Source of the DNA: Raillietiella orientalis
Lineage: Eukaryota
NCBI GenBank assembly: GCA_036172245.1
Contig: JAYWIR010000010.1
Span: 1,612,001-1,676,000, forward strand
DNA length: 64,000 nucleotides
Reading direction: 5' to 3'
A program made the position numbers and the translations under genes. The notes beneath the pieces were generated by a model. The model had not been told where the DNA came from. It saw nothing but the letters and a program-made list of their open reading frames with translations, and did no database searches. The number at the start of each line of letters is the position of its first letter. Within the stretch, counting starts at the first letter, position 1. This document shows, piece after piece, positions 37,476 through 50,900 of the stretch.

Positions 37476-39149
37476 CCTGCGCCTGAAGAGTTCATGGATC
37501 AGTGGATTTACCAATCCCATTGCCTGTTTGTTTTTCTTTGTTTGGAAAAGGGATGTGCCGGCGTAACCGGGTGAAAACGGCATCGCTCCAGCGCTCGGAT
37601 GATCGGCCGCCTGGGGCGGCTGACGTTCCTGCTGACTCATAACCAATGAAAATCTTTGGATTTCTTCTGAAGCAGACCACTTCCTTGTTAGAACAGCAGC
37701 GGGTCTCCACTACAACGTGTGGAGGCAGGAGGCAGTTGGGAACTAAGTGTGACTACAGGGGCCGACCCAGAGGTGACCCTGGAACACGCGCCTTAGAGAA
37801 ACCCAAGAGACGCAAAGTGAATCCCATCCTTCCTTAGTCGCAGCTCTGTTTTCTCTGTGGGGGAGAAGCGACGGATGCCGACCGGCAGCGCGGGAAAACT
37901 GGTGCTCCATAGCAGGGGTCAAGGGGATGCTGAGCGAATGGACAACGGACTCTTTGGCTGACATCCAGTGCTCCTCGCGAGAGGACCATTCAGCCGGGCG
38001 GAATATCTGAACGGTCCCCTCTCGGAATTCGTTATCCTTCCCTCATCCACGGTCAGCCCCATCCTCAAATGACGGCATGCGGGTTTGCTCTTCATTTGAA
38101 TGAAAGCTCGGAGGTTGAAAACGGCGAAGCTGGGCAGGCCAAGGACGCATTGGAATATTTGAAGAATCCCTTGGCATTTTCCCTGCATAATCCTGCAAGC
38201 TTTGAGGTGAGGAAGTCATTTCGCTATGAGGGATTTCCGGAAGAACAGGAAACAAGGGAATCTGCCACTGACGACACTAGAAGTCCGTGTTTTGAGATTC
38301 GCGTCGGATAATTCGAGTGGTCTGCGTTAGTGCTGCCTTCCTCAAGGGAATTGAGATGCGATGTTTTCTAGATCGGTCCAATCTCCTATGAGCTACGGAT
38401 GCGGACTCAATGTGACTGTTTTTGACACCTTTATTTCTGATGCCAAGCGTGTTCATCTTCAGGTCTTCAAAAGGATCATAATTCCGCTGCGCTGTCTGAT
38501 ATGATGTCTAGGAAGATTCTGTTTGTATAAGGACACAAAAAATGCATCCAAGCATGCTGCCTTGTTAGAGGACCAAGAAACGTTCTATGCAAAGTTTCAA
38601 ATCACTTTCCAGACAAGAAGGTGCAGCTCAAAACACGTTGATCTATAAATCAGTGTGGCTGAGAAAACGAACGATTTGATCTGTTGTCTTTGAAGATTTG
38701 ACTGGATCGCTGGTACAGACCAAGCCAGAGGCGTACGTGTGATTTCTGAAAAAAGAGTTGGCACTCTTATGCAGCCTCGGTGAGTTCCGGAGAGCAACTT
38801 ACCAAGCTTCGTGCTAAAACTCCGGCTACTACGGAAAATCACAGGGAGGAGCTGCACAAAACCAAACGCAGCAATCCCTAAGTAAAACGACTTGCCTGGA
38901 TAAAGTAAAAAAAAAAAAAAGGGTCAACATATTGCGTTCAGTAATTCCAAACTCACTTAAAACTAGGGACGCTGACGTAGATGCGTAGCGAGAAGAGGTT
39001 GGAAATAACAGCTGAGCGGTACTATGGGACCCAGACTCATCTATTTGCCGTTCACGATCGACTTCGGGGCCGTCGACAGTACGCGCGGCGAATGAAGCAT
39101 CTCGAAGATCTGAGTCTGAGGTCATGGAGGGATTGAAGCAGCTCGAACC

Positions 39150-39750
39150 AGTCAGTGATTCTGGCAGAGAAGAAGCTATTACGTCTCTGGAAAGTTGAAT
39201 AACGGATGGGGGAATTAGGACACCATAAGATGCTTAAGAGAAGGCGACTTTAAAGAACTTGACTTCGAAATCACAGTGAAGTAATCCAGGGGACAGGGCT
39301 CGCAAGAGGGCTAGAGGTTGCATTAGCAGCGATTAGGCGACGGAGAAGGCAGAGTGCCTAAAAGAAATCCCAATGGTAGTCAATTACGGAGAAAATGCCA
39401 GCAAACACTGGGGAAGACTAATTCTGGCCGCAATGGCCGTGAAGAAACCCAGGGCTCGGTACCGGAAAAGTAAATTTACGAATAGCATGCGAAGTCAGCA
39501 AACATAGATTGAATCGGATCTTCAGGAGGAAGCCAAGAACCGAGGACTTGACATTGCTAAAGATGTCCATATCCACCGAGGAATTCAAATGCCCAGGGTA
39601 GCGATTGAAACTATGGTAATTCGAGTGAGTTCTCGGGGCAGTGGACTTGCCAGTCCTCGGATACAAAACAGTGGCTGCCATTGGAATGGCATTTCCAGAC
39701 AGAAGTAGATTGCAAATTAGTAAACTCATCAGTATGGAGATGTGTTTCCC
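39150..39750 (+). mobile_element. L1-like ORF2 EN-RT linker fossil
   Basis: KRARGCISS (ARG..IRS) and NYGENASKHW (GE..SKYF); multiple stops. Confidence 0.35.
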
Positions 39751-41899
39751 GCCACCTTCTTTGTGGAGTCGATAGTCAATACCAGAAATGAAGCAAGGCT
39801 AGCTTATAGAACTTTTCGAGTACCGCATCTGCCTTTCAAGAAGCTCCAGGACATGCCGTGTGTTGTCCTTTGATGGTTTGTGTTTGACCGTATTTCGGAT
39901 TGCTATGCACAGTAACGTTCCTCTCGTGAATCGCAGTCGGTGGGTTATGCTGATTCCATCCAGCTTATAAGAAATCTCCAAAGAGCCAAATGCGAGCCAC
40001 CAAATGCCAACTTCCTTCACATGTAGGCAAACAGGTGAACGATGAAGTGATCACCAAGCTGCAGAGTTCATGAGCAAGCACTCTGTTTCACTTCACCACG
40101 CTAACAGGAAATGAACGAAGTGTATCTTAAAATGTATGTGGGGATGCGTCCTCTTGGACCATATGAGTGAAAACTTCTTCTTCCTGATGTTGAGGATCTC
40201 GAAAAGTTATTATGCTTACATCATAAGCTCCCATTGCGAAACCGCTGATGGGAGTGACGCCGGAGTTACGGTTGGTGCTTAAAGCTCTCTTCACTATTCA
40301 AGAACTGCTTTCCTGTAACACACCTGCTCGGAACCGTACTGCTCCTTGAGCCACTGAAACTCTTTGTTCTGGCATGGCTGCTGGTACTCATGAAGGTTGC
40401 ATGTGATGCTGCTATTGCTATCCTGGAGAAAATCACGTTGTTCTTCCTTCTTTCAATGTCTATTTTATTCTATAGCCCGTCATTTGTTACTGAAGTGCGT
40501 GCTGCAAGTGAGACTGCTTATGCGAAGGGTTCTAATTAATAATGTGGCATTTAGCAAAATCAATACACTGAGTGATAGAGAGAGTAACGCATCTGTTGAG
40601 ATAGAAGGGAATCAAAGCAGAAAACCGGTGCATTGGCGTTCAAAGCAGCCTTGAAGGAATATCCAGAAGAATCCATCCTCCTCCGCAGGAGGGCTTGCGG
40701 AAAACAAGACCCAAATAAGGAGGCTAAAATTATAGATGAGTATCATCGATCAGATTAGAAATCACATTTTGGGAAGTAAAAGGTGGGAGTCATCCCGCTC
40801 ATGATTATGGGAATATTTGCTCTTCTTTATTGGACCACAAAAGAGAAGAGATCGATAAACAGATTCCAGCATCCAGCCGAATTTTTTTCTTCTTCTTCTT
40901 ACGTGTGTGATCAGCTCTTAATGAGCTATGGATTTTACTAACGCGTTTTGCTTGTTTGGAAGACGTATTAAATCGTACCCAACCAGTAACCAAGTGACAT
41001 CTGTGCTACTAGAGTAACAGTTGTGTTTAAGCTGAAGAGCTGTATTAATAACTTGCATTCTGCCTTCTCGAGACAAAAAGTTGGGAAAGTCGAAGCTGCA
41101 AATGAAGCAGAGACTGTAATAGCCTTTCTGAGAAAGGATACTGGAAAGAAATCCAAGTATCCTTCAGTACTCGGTAAAGGGGAGGATGAATGAGGCTACT
41201 GTTGTTCAAGATGGCCCCATACTAGTGATCGCCACACAAGAATCCGGAATGTGCTTTTAAGTACACCTTTCTACCTATTCCTCGCCAAAAGCTAAAAGTT
41301 GAGCGTGTATCTCATTTTAATGCAGTAGGCTCAGGTATAACAGTGGGATACGTTCCGCGTTGTACGAGCCCTATGGGTTATGAGGGGATAGCAAAGTAGG
41401 TGCCTACAAAAGATACAAATTGTGTCTTGTACGGTTATAGCAGAAAGATGTATGCTTCACTTCGAAACAGGAAAAAGAAAATCTAAAGCTTTTTATTTAC
41501 TATTTTTACCTAGATTAAGAAAAAATTCGGACTTCCGATGGTTTCATCAATTTGAGCAACTCCATCGTTTCGGCTTTATCGTTTTCGTTGCTAAAAGTGC
41601 CTTCTTGCGCCATTTCAATCACGAAAATCGAAATGAAATGGAATTCAACCTAATTAATTCATCCGTTATTAATATTTTTTTTGCTACTATCATTTCTCTT
41701 TTGAAAGCAGCTGAACTGACGCTGTGCCACAAAGCGAAGATTTATCCACAGCGTCTTGAGGCATTGATTGATTCACCATGCTCATCATGCTGCTCGACAG
41801 CCAATCCTCCCTTTATGTAATGTAAATGAAATCGATGACGTATAAACACGAGCCACAATGATTCTGGCAAATTCTGCCTGCGTCCTCTGTATCCGCCCA

Positions 41900-43400
41900 A
41901 GCTAGAAGAGCTTTCCCTATAACCTTCTAACCGGTTCCACGCGTTTGTGCGTGGTGGTTGTGCATGCCTCGGTAAACGCAAGTTTGGATTTTCGCGACTT
42001 TTTCCTTTCAAAATAGGGCTCCTCCTACAAGCCTACTCTTATGGCCAGACCCGAGACGAATCTCCTCAAATTTCCGAGGAGTTGCTGTTCGCCACAATGC
42101 ACTGGGAAGTGCAAAAAGGGCGTGGGCTGCTCCCTGTTGCCCCCCATGAGCTCGGGCTTGCCAGACCAAAGCTGGATGATCACATCCGCAGCAGCAGTTC
42201 CCAACGTGGGTCGATCCGGCCTCAGATGGTAGCCTTTCCCTTGTAATGATTACTGGAGTTATTTTATTAGGCCCTTGACTTTGAGACTCGGGAATAACGG
42301 CTCTCCTTGTCCTGGACATTCTCGGCTATCAGGGCAGTTCCCGCACCGAATCAGTTCCGCGTTCGTAAGCGCATTGGCCATTTGGTCATGAAAAAGTCGT
42401 CAGCAGCAGAGATGGATGGCTCTTTGTGTGATGCAGCAGCCGATTTTCCTTGGTCAGGGTCTCTGTCCGCTGCCTGCTGAGACAGCCGGAAGGTGTGCAG
42501 CAGATGGTGATGGCAAGAATCCCATGCCACGGAATGGGACGCACAGAAAAATGATTGGAGGGAACGATAAACCCAACCCGGAAGGTGGCATAGTGGAAGC
42601 ACACTGTCTACCACTAACAGAGGCTGGTTGGTGGTATTCTCTACGTTCGTCACTTTCTCAAATTCCCACACAATCGTCACTGTAGATTTGAGTCGTTCAA
42701 TTGTAGTCCCTGCAGTCTATGAGGTCATCACCTACGAGGCGATCGTGGTATCGTGGGCTATCCAACCTTCTTCAGTGGCACACCGAAGCTTAAATCGATG
42801 TTTCAGCACTGGTGGCGCAGCATCAGTCTCCCTTCAGCTAGCTTACGTCTTTTGCACACAAACTTCTGGGTGTTATAAACCCTCGTCTCTGGGCACAAGG
42901 TCATGACGGCGGACGTTATTGCATCTGTATTTGGCTGTGCACATGCCAGGTTCTGCTCTAGTACTTTATCAAGGGTGCTGGCCTCTACTAAGCTTCGTAA
43001 CCGCTTATTGGATGCCTGTTGAGAATTCAGGATGGAGAAGTAAGCATCTCATTTTGGCAACCAATGAAAACTGAAAATGAAAAGAGAAGCGCTCGTGTGG
43101 CAAATTCTTTTGCCGAATTCTTTTGACATCCAATGGCCCAAAAGGAAGGAAACTTTGGAGAAAACAACAGGTCATTAAGTAACCGGTTTCATATTTGGAT
43201 ATTGGTCTCAATGGTATTCTGAATGAATTTACAGGGGGGATCACCTTAAAGGAGCGATTCAGATCCTTTACTAAAGCTACCAAAACCACGTCTTCAAAAC
43301 AGCCAGCCTGTTGCCGTGAAAATCAGGATGGACCCCATCTTCAGTGTCATTTACAGGAAGAACGGTGGGCATGCCTTGAAATCAGCAGTCTTTTCGGCCC
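41900..43400 (-). mobile_element. L1/Tx1-like RT fossil
   Basis: LRPISKYETGY (RPISL.NTDY), AWDSCHHHLL (AFD.V.H..L), RCGNCPDS (RQGCPLS), KFEE..SG. Confidence 0.5.
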
Positions 43401-43699
43401 AGTTGTTGGTGGAATTTTCTCTTTTTGTTTCAGAAATCACCTTCATCTGGGGATCGTGAGAATTTCACGCTGTCCTCTTCACCATTATCCACCACAGGAG
43501 TACGATGACTGCATTAAGAGAGCAGGTATTTTTGCTGCGTTCTGCTAGATGCTGCACTTGGTATCCTTGTGTTCCCTTGGAAAGAATAAGAGACTGTTCA
43601 ATGAAAGCTGCAGATTGATCACTCGCAGAATCAAAGACTTGCTGCTAGGTCCTTTCTCCGAGTAGACTGCAGCCATCCAAGTGAAGAAGAAATACAGAA

Positions 43700-44560
43700 C
43701 GCGGTGCAGGTTAATAAAAGGAAAACCTATACCGAAAAAATCTGTGGGCAAGAGGACCCGTTCGTGAATGTTCGAGTGATCAAGAAACTTGGAAGATGAA
43801 ATTTTGCTTTGATGTACGTCATCATCATTTCATGCTACTGTGAACTCGTAGAGCTGACCTTTTATCAGAAGCTATTTCAGTGCACATTCTGCTCTTCCGC
43901 CGTGCGTCACACTTTTTCTGTTCTTTGGTCTTTGGAATCGCAACCAGATCTGTAGGCATCAGCTTTTAATAGGGAATACCCAAGCGTTACTCCCATGGTG
44001 GCTAACGTCCGAATACTACAGCGGGTAGTGCCGGAATCAAACATTGATCATCAAGCAATGTGTCATCCTCTACAAAAGAATCATCGAATTATGGCCAGTC
44101 AGCACTGCTTCGGAAAGACGAAAATTTTGTGCCTTGCCTTTCCGATCGACAAAATTCCGACCTTCCTAAGACCAGCTATCCTGTTCCCCTTGTGCGGGCA
44201 GCTGCGTCTTGCAATCGTACTGTGCTGATTGACGTGCTGAGACAGAGAGCATTCTTTTCGCTCTCAATCTGCTTGGGATCGAAAAGAACTCCAAAATGAG
44301 GACTTCCGTTTTCTTCGACCAGGCGTTTGGGAGATGTTCGGATCGTAGGGCGGCACAGTACAGATGCATAGGAGAGGAGAAGCGCGCCGCCAGAGGATTT
44401 CGGGGTTCCCACAACTTTCAGCCAACTGCGCCCTCTGGGCGAACCGACTGAACTGGAACATCGGCAGATGAGTCGGGAATTCCGAATTCTGCCCTACAAG
44501 AACCGTGCTTCAGCAGCAAGTGTTTAGAGAAGAGGATTTCAATGGCTTCACTTTCGACTG
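43700..44560 (+). mobile_element. Penelope-like fossil
   Basis: MCHPLQK (S.HP..K), KTSYP (NGYP), CIGEEKR (YIGET.R). Confidence 0.4.
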
Positions 44561-46749
44561 CCTAAGCGTACACCGTTTGCTCATTTCGTCGGATCATACG
44601 CATTGCGACACCCTACGTGACCTTTGCACTCGTTCTCTGATAATAGCTCAATTTTCACCGGACCGACAGCTATCCTGGAAAACTGTGCCACAGTTGCTGA
44701 ACTCTGCACATCGACACTCTTCGGCTTCATTCTGAAACACTGAAACAACTCCATGAAGAATTTCAAACGATCATCTCCGAATGTCGGTCTGCATCCGTAT
44801 CCTTGGAACCCTATCCACGACTGCATTACTGCTTCAAGATGAGTTTGAAAGCATTCTCTGGGAGCTCAAATAAACGAAATTCGATTTCCAATCTTGACTC
44901 GGCACCAAAATGGTTTCCCAGAGAAAAGCAACTCATAAGTGAAATCTGGAAACAAGGAATTTTTTTTTTTCTTTTCACATTCCTGACTCCCTCATCGATT
45001 GCTCCGGCCTCCCGTCTCCTCCTCAACTGACAGAAAATCCATGGAAATTGATCTTTCGAAGATCTCCGGAAAGCTGCAAAGATGTCTATGCAAAGATGAA
45101 GGCACCAGGTACATTAGAATGTGGATCTGCGTGAAAGTTGGTCAACGATAGGAGGCTAAGAGCCAAATGGCAATTATTGTGGGATGAGTAGCCTGTCAGC
45201 TTCATCCAGTGTGCTTATGCATACAAATACACACGCCACCGAAAACAGACGGAGATGCTACTTTTCTCCAGAAGTTTGGTCACATCAAGACTTCACTCGA
45301 AAAAGCATGCACGTTACTTTCAAGCAGGGATTCCTGGCTCTCTTGGAATGGACTTTCGGGAACCCGTTATCGCGTAACTTTCTTACGTCATCGGTAGCTA
45401 ATATTTCCTCGAAGCACGCCCAGATGCCATGCCATGAACAGAATACCAACAGTTTGCCTCTTTTCTCAGATATTCCCCTGGCCTTTTGAGTATTCCTCAC
45501 CTTACTAGTTATTCATTTTAGCTTCATCGGCAAACCCAACTTACACATTTGGATGAATCTTCTATTTGGCCATCTCAAGGCGAAATTATATTTTCATGCT
45601 ACCTTCTAGTTTTGGTATTGCTTTTATGCTATAAATAGAAAAGCCGTGTCTGTTTTCTACTGTAGATAACTCCGATTCCTGACAAATCACTGCTGGAATT
45701 CAAAATGAATGCAGCTGTAGCATGCATCAGCGAAAGCAACTCCGAGGCAAGCATTTCTGCAAGCATTTTCTGTGTCTTCAAGATGACACGCTTCCGGAGA
45801 AATTCAATTTGAAGCCCATCTCCTCCATTTAAGTGTTTGCTCTGTAGCCGAGAGCGGGAGATGAAAACAGAAAAGATGAATAAAAAAAAAAAAAAAGCAA
45901 TATTGCCGCCAAATCAAATCGAAGACCTCACCGCTTTCGAGTTCTTGTTCTGGATGTCATCCAAGGAGAGTCGAGGTAAGCATCCATGCATGGCTGCTGC
46001 AGGACTTTGTAGGACAGATTATAAGATGGCTGCATTCAAACTACCGTTATGGAAAAGCATACGCTGTACTTCAGCCCCTTACATTAAAGTAAATCAGCGA
46101 AACACATGCACACATGCGTGTGGATTCATGTGCTTTTTTTTTTTTTTCTCCAGAAAGGATGGGCATCTTGTATGTTGCACGCCGAATACACGCCTCAAGC
46201 ATGGGTCGTTCTAGAGATTCTCAGCTGCTAGTTTATTGACTAACTTTACAAAGGTCATCCTGAATTCCTCGTTCAATTTTCAACACCCATCGTCAGAACT
46301 ACCTCCTTCGAAGTTCAAGCAGATGGTTTAGGAGGTGCGCCTCGTGGCGAATTTCTACCCCTCGTCTGTCGCAAAAGTAAAAGGTGCGGTGAGGAAACAT
46401 CCAAAGATCATTGTGCAATTCAAAAGGCAAAAATAAATGATTTTGAATTCATGGAATCGAACGAACCGAGGGTTCCTCTGGCAGTTTCAGATACTGATAG
46501 CTTCACTACTTGGCACTTGCACTAGCTCCTCATTTTGCCTCTCGTAGTAAATCATAGGGCATCAGCACATCCATAGCAACCCGTAAGACTCCAAAGACGA
46601 TTAATCTGGGGAGCGAGTGCACTGGCACGCTATTGGATGAACTCACGGGGCAAACATGAGGTCAAGATCGGTAAAACAAACTAATTGCCTCTGCACACTT
46701 GTAGGTAGACTTTCCATCACAGGGATGTCCTCCCCCTTTGCCAGATCAG

Positions 46750-47230
46750 TGTTCCGTGCAGTCAGGAGCTCTCTGCCTCGAAGAGAAAATTCTCGAAACC
46801 GCCAACTCGGATAAACTGCTCCGTGCTGTACGCATACTGAAGCACTTCGTCCAATTGACAACACATTTTTCAAGCGGCCAGCGTGCTGCTGACAAAGGGT
46901 CATTCCAGACCGAGAACTGCTGCCTGCCATCTTTGGACGCTTATCCACTGGTGACAGACGCTGAGAAAGCAGTAAACGTTAACTGAAAGGATGGTGTCTG
47001 CATGTGTCTGTAGATCCTACAATCTACCTGCTCAGTGAGTGCTGTCCCGCTCTTGAGTCCATCCGAATTCTGCATCTACTTCATATTTCGAGCAGCTATC
47101 CCTTAACCTCGAAGTCACAGTGCCCATGGTGCATGGTCATTTGCTCAACTAGAGTGGATCGAAAACACTGGTGGAAGGTCTGCAGGGGATTTCCCAAGAT
47201 ACGAATAGCTCTCCTTAGCTTAACGGAATG
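46750..47230 (+). mobile_element. Penelope-like RT N-terminal fossil
   Basis: AADKG, VDPT and RGFPKI (YGLPKIHK) in canonical PLE order. Confidence 0.5.
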
Positions 47231-47772
47231 CTAAAATTATTTCTGCCTTTCTTCCTCTTCTTTCTCTCTCTCTCTCTCTCTTTGCTCGCGTTTGCTCTGT
47301 GCAGATTTTTCAAGACCCTTTCCCAGTGTGAAACGGTAGAAACTTTTGGTTGGAAAAGATCTTAGATATTCTTCTTTTATGAGGGGGGGGGGGGGAAATC
47401 ATTGGTATTCATGCTTCTGAGTATCATCCTTCTGGAATAGCTTCCTTGATCAAACTAATGGGGGGAAAGAAACCCCAAAATTCTGTGCGTCATCTCGCAC
47501 ATGAAACTGATAGCGACTTCTAATTTTCTGCACAGTCGCCTTTCTTCGGCTGGCAAGCGTGTCCTTTGCCAGTAATGCAACAGGCTTTTCAGTAATTGGA
47601 TCGTTACACCCGTGTTCGTGTTGAGTGCAACCAAAACGTTTGTACACTGGTGTCAGAACCTCGAATTTCAAGAAACAACTGTTGCTTCATCGATCGTTTC
47701 TTTCAGTAAATATTAGAGAGCATCGACATCACGAAACTGACCATCCAGGTGCCCGTTTCGCCAATTTCCAAA

Positions 47773-48228
47773 TCAAATAGTGAAGTCAACAGAATCGATC
47801 TTCACGGATCTCTTTGTCCAAAGGTTTCTTTTCGAGACGGTTTCCATCTCAGGAGGGTCGGCTGAGTCGCCCACTTCTCCCGAAAAACCAATACGGAGCC
47901 AAGAATCCTGAAAATGACCACAGGGATCAAACTTCCGCAATAGAATTTCCTTATATGGATACGTTGAAGAATGACAAAATAAAGTTAGTTCAAGCGTAAT
48001 TTCATCCCGTGCACAGAAATGGGTGAAGTTCGTGGTACGTGGCAGCTTCGGATGCTGGACTGTGAATGATTGTTTCTGAAGGCCTCGTATTTTCAATAAA
48101 GGCTCCTGGCGGAGCAGGAGGATTATGCCACTGTTGCTGATGCTGTGTAATGTGGGAATGCGCTGCAGGATATTTATGATCCCACTGCTAGATTTATATC
48201 CCGAGACAAATTGGAGCTGTCGTTTCAC
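47773..48228 (-). mobile_element. LINE APE endonuclease fossil
   Basis: GIILLLRQEP (DI.LLQEP), GH...W, and SVDFT (IDLT). Confidence 0.35.
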
Positions 48229-48879
48229 TGATGTGTTCTACATGAAAAAAAAAATACTGAGAAACACGAAAGCAGAGGTCACTCGAGTCTCTTTTAGTGT
48301 TCCGAACCGGAAAATAAGAATGCCACGGCTTTAATAAGGATTCCATTAAGCATTCGTTTCAGCTCGTGACAGTCGACCAGTTTTCTACCACTTTATATCA
48401 ATTTTGCTCAGCAAATTTCAAGTGACGTGTAATCTGCGACAAATGCGAAGAGTTTCCGCAGGCCTTCGTTGGTTCTCGGCAAAAAAATTTCTGTCAGAAA
48501 AGCAGGCTAATCATTCATTAAAAGACCCATGCGAACGTTAATAGAGAGCATCCCTATTAGGGGGTTTGGTTATCTCCGTTCATCGCTTCTGTATCTAAAT
48601 CAGTGGGACAGACCTTGGCTTGTAAACTCTTTCAAAACAAAACCCATCTTCCCAAACTTCCTTTTCCCTGAATCCGGAATCCAAATCTCGTTAGCTACGT
48701 TCCAGGCAAAGCTTCTTCCACTATTGGAGGACTTTTTTTTATACCTAAGACATATGTTCGGCCGTCCTATATTATGTCATCATTCTCACGGTGGACCCAC
48801 CGTTTGTTTTCTCCTTTACATTTATTACTTTGCACCACTACATGAATGGGGTGTTTCCTAGATTGGCAATTCCTTCGCT

Positions 48880-50350
48880 TCTCTTTTCGTGCGATTAAAA
48901 GCAAGGCTGCTCATTGTGACCATGTTCTGAATTGACACTGTATAATCCTCTCAGCATGCTCCTCCGCCAGGGTCAGCATAATGTGCTTTCTAACAGTATT
49001 GGTGGCACCATCTAAATGAAGCATGTTCATCCATCAGGTTGCATCCAGTTTCTTGAACACGGAATCGTTCGTTCCATGGATCAGCATCCCGCATCTACCT
49101 CACTCCTATTCCATCCAGGATCGTTGAAGTAGCAAGATGGAGTTCTCTGAAAGTCAGCGAGACAGCATTTGACATGCTATAAGTTCCTTCGCTTTCCTCG
49201 CCATGAACCAATTTTCACCGTCTTACCTTTCCATTACAATTTTCGCTTCGAATAGGTTTTTATCATTGTTATTATTCGACAAAAGTAACTTTATCTTTGC
49301 TTTTCTCCTTTTCCATCCATTCCAGAGATTCTCAGAAGATTCGCGGTAGTTCTCTTGAGACTGGGTATCTCGTGATGTAGTTCAGCGTTTTCGGTAAATC
49401 TGACTTCACATCACATTACGGATGCATTTCCGAAGATTTTCCAAGCACGAAAACATGACCGGGAAGTTCTAATACATCAGCTGTGTGCGCTCTAGTTCTT
49501 CCTGTTGGAAACACAAGGAGAACGAAAGCCTTTGACTGATCACTAGACTGAAGATAACGATGGATTGGGGACTCTGAGGTAAACGAATATAAGAGGAAGG
49601 GCCCGCTGCAAAAGAAACATCCCGGAGTGCAACACCGCTGAACTCGTGTTTTCCTTGTTTGAGAAGACTCTGACTACAAACGGCTTGAACGTAACCTCTC
49701 TGCCTGAACAGGATATTTCAGGGTCACTTCAGTGGAGAAGAAGCATAAAGCGTCTTGCGAAACGCTCGGAGTTGTATTTATGAATCCCTCCAGTTGTGAT
49801 TGATGCTGTACTGTAGAACACCACGAAGCCAAAAATGATCCCTCTGGAAACCATTGGTACCTGTTGACATATAAAGTAAGGATGCTCTCCTATTAAAGAG
49901 TACGCACGTTTTCGAGCTTCCTTCGAAGAGTTTGATCCTCCCTGAGTCTGCGGGAGAAGAAGAATAAGATGGCAGCACTTCGCAAAACTGATTTGGAAGT
50001 AAACGTGGAGCACCTCTTGCCTGTAATGAGATCATAGGTTCGTCTTTTATTCCTATTCTGAGATGCTTTTCTTTCGGGGATAGCGTTTGAGCGATTTTTG
50101 AAGTGAGGATTTTTCCGAAACTTGTCTGGCTTGCGGACCCAGCCACTTATGAATTTCTAGAGGATTACTCGAAATGGATTGCAGTAACGATGACAATATC
50201 CGCCACGTGCAATGCATTGCAATGTGTGAGATTCCATCGCATTCTGGTGATGAGATCATCAACAGACATTGGACTCGTTTGCAAGAATGTGAACCTCAGA
50301 ACCGTGAAATTCTGAACAGACATGGACGCCATCTTGATGGAACCTAGCTT
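48880..50350 (-). mobile_element. Penelope-like element fossil (RT to GIY-YIG)
   Basis: PMISL, LFN....YMSTGTNG (F...Y.Q..GT.MG), then GV..QETGCNLMDEH and LAEEH. Confidence 0.45.
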
Positions 50351-50399
50351 CCTTGAAAGTTTTCAAGAACAGTCTCTGGCTTGTCGTTCATGTGGATAG

Positions 50400-50900
50400 A
50401 GGGCCAAGGAAGGATCCGCAAACAGCAACAACCCTGACTCCAAGATTCCCGACCCCGAGTTTTATTCCCTTGCAACCTGTAGCCAAGATGGACGTCAAAT
50501 ATGACACCGTGCTACTTAAGTCAAATAAGCGTTCGTTTGGAATCTGTTATGTGTCAAGGAGGTTGCAGCAGATGTTGACTGATTTTGTGCGAAAGTATCC
50601 GCATGTGCTTTAACAGTTCCTCAAGAACAAACCATGTTTGCCATCCTCTCGTGGTCATTCGGCAGCCTTATCGAGAATCCTCTGTAATCTTGAAGCTGCT
50701 AAGCTTATCCAGAAAACCCAAAGATCATTTGACTCTGTTCTTTGTGGAGATGCCGATTATGCCAATGCGGATACTGCCAGCAAGTCAAGAAACATATTAC
50801 GGGACTATTGAAACCTGCACTGCATCATCTTGCACATATGCCTCAGGGGCTTTTCTTTAACCCAAATCAAGTTTCGAAACGTTGCTGGAGGGCCTTTCTG
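50400..50900 (+). mobile_element. Penelope-like RT N-terminal fossil
   Basis: KPKDH....PMRIL..ETY (PK.HK...P.R.I....TY). Confidence 0.35.

Noticed and set aside
45629..45638. Single perfect MEF2 site CTATAAATAG
   Set aside because: Isolated motif in AT-rich sequence; expected by chance.
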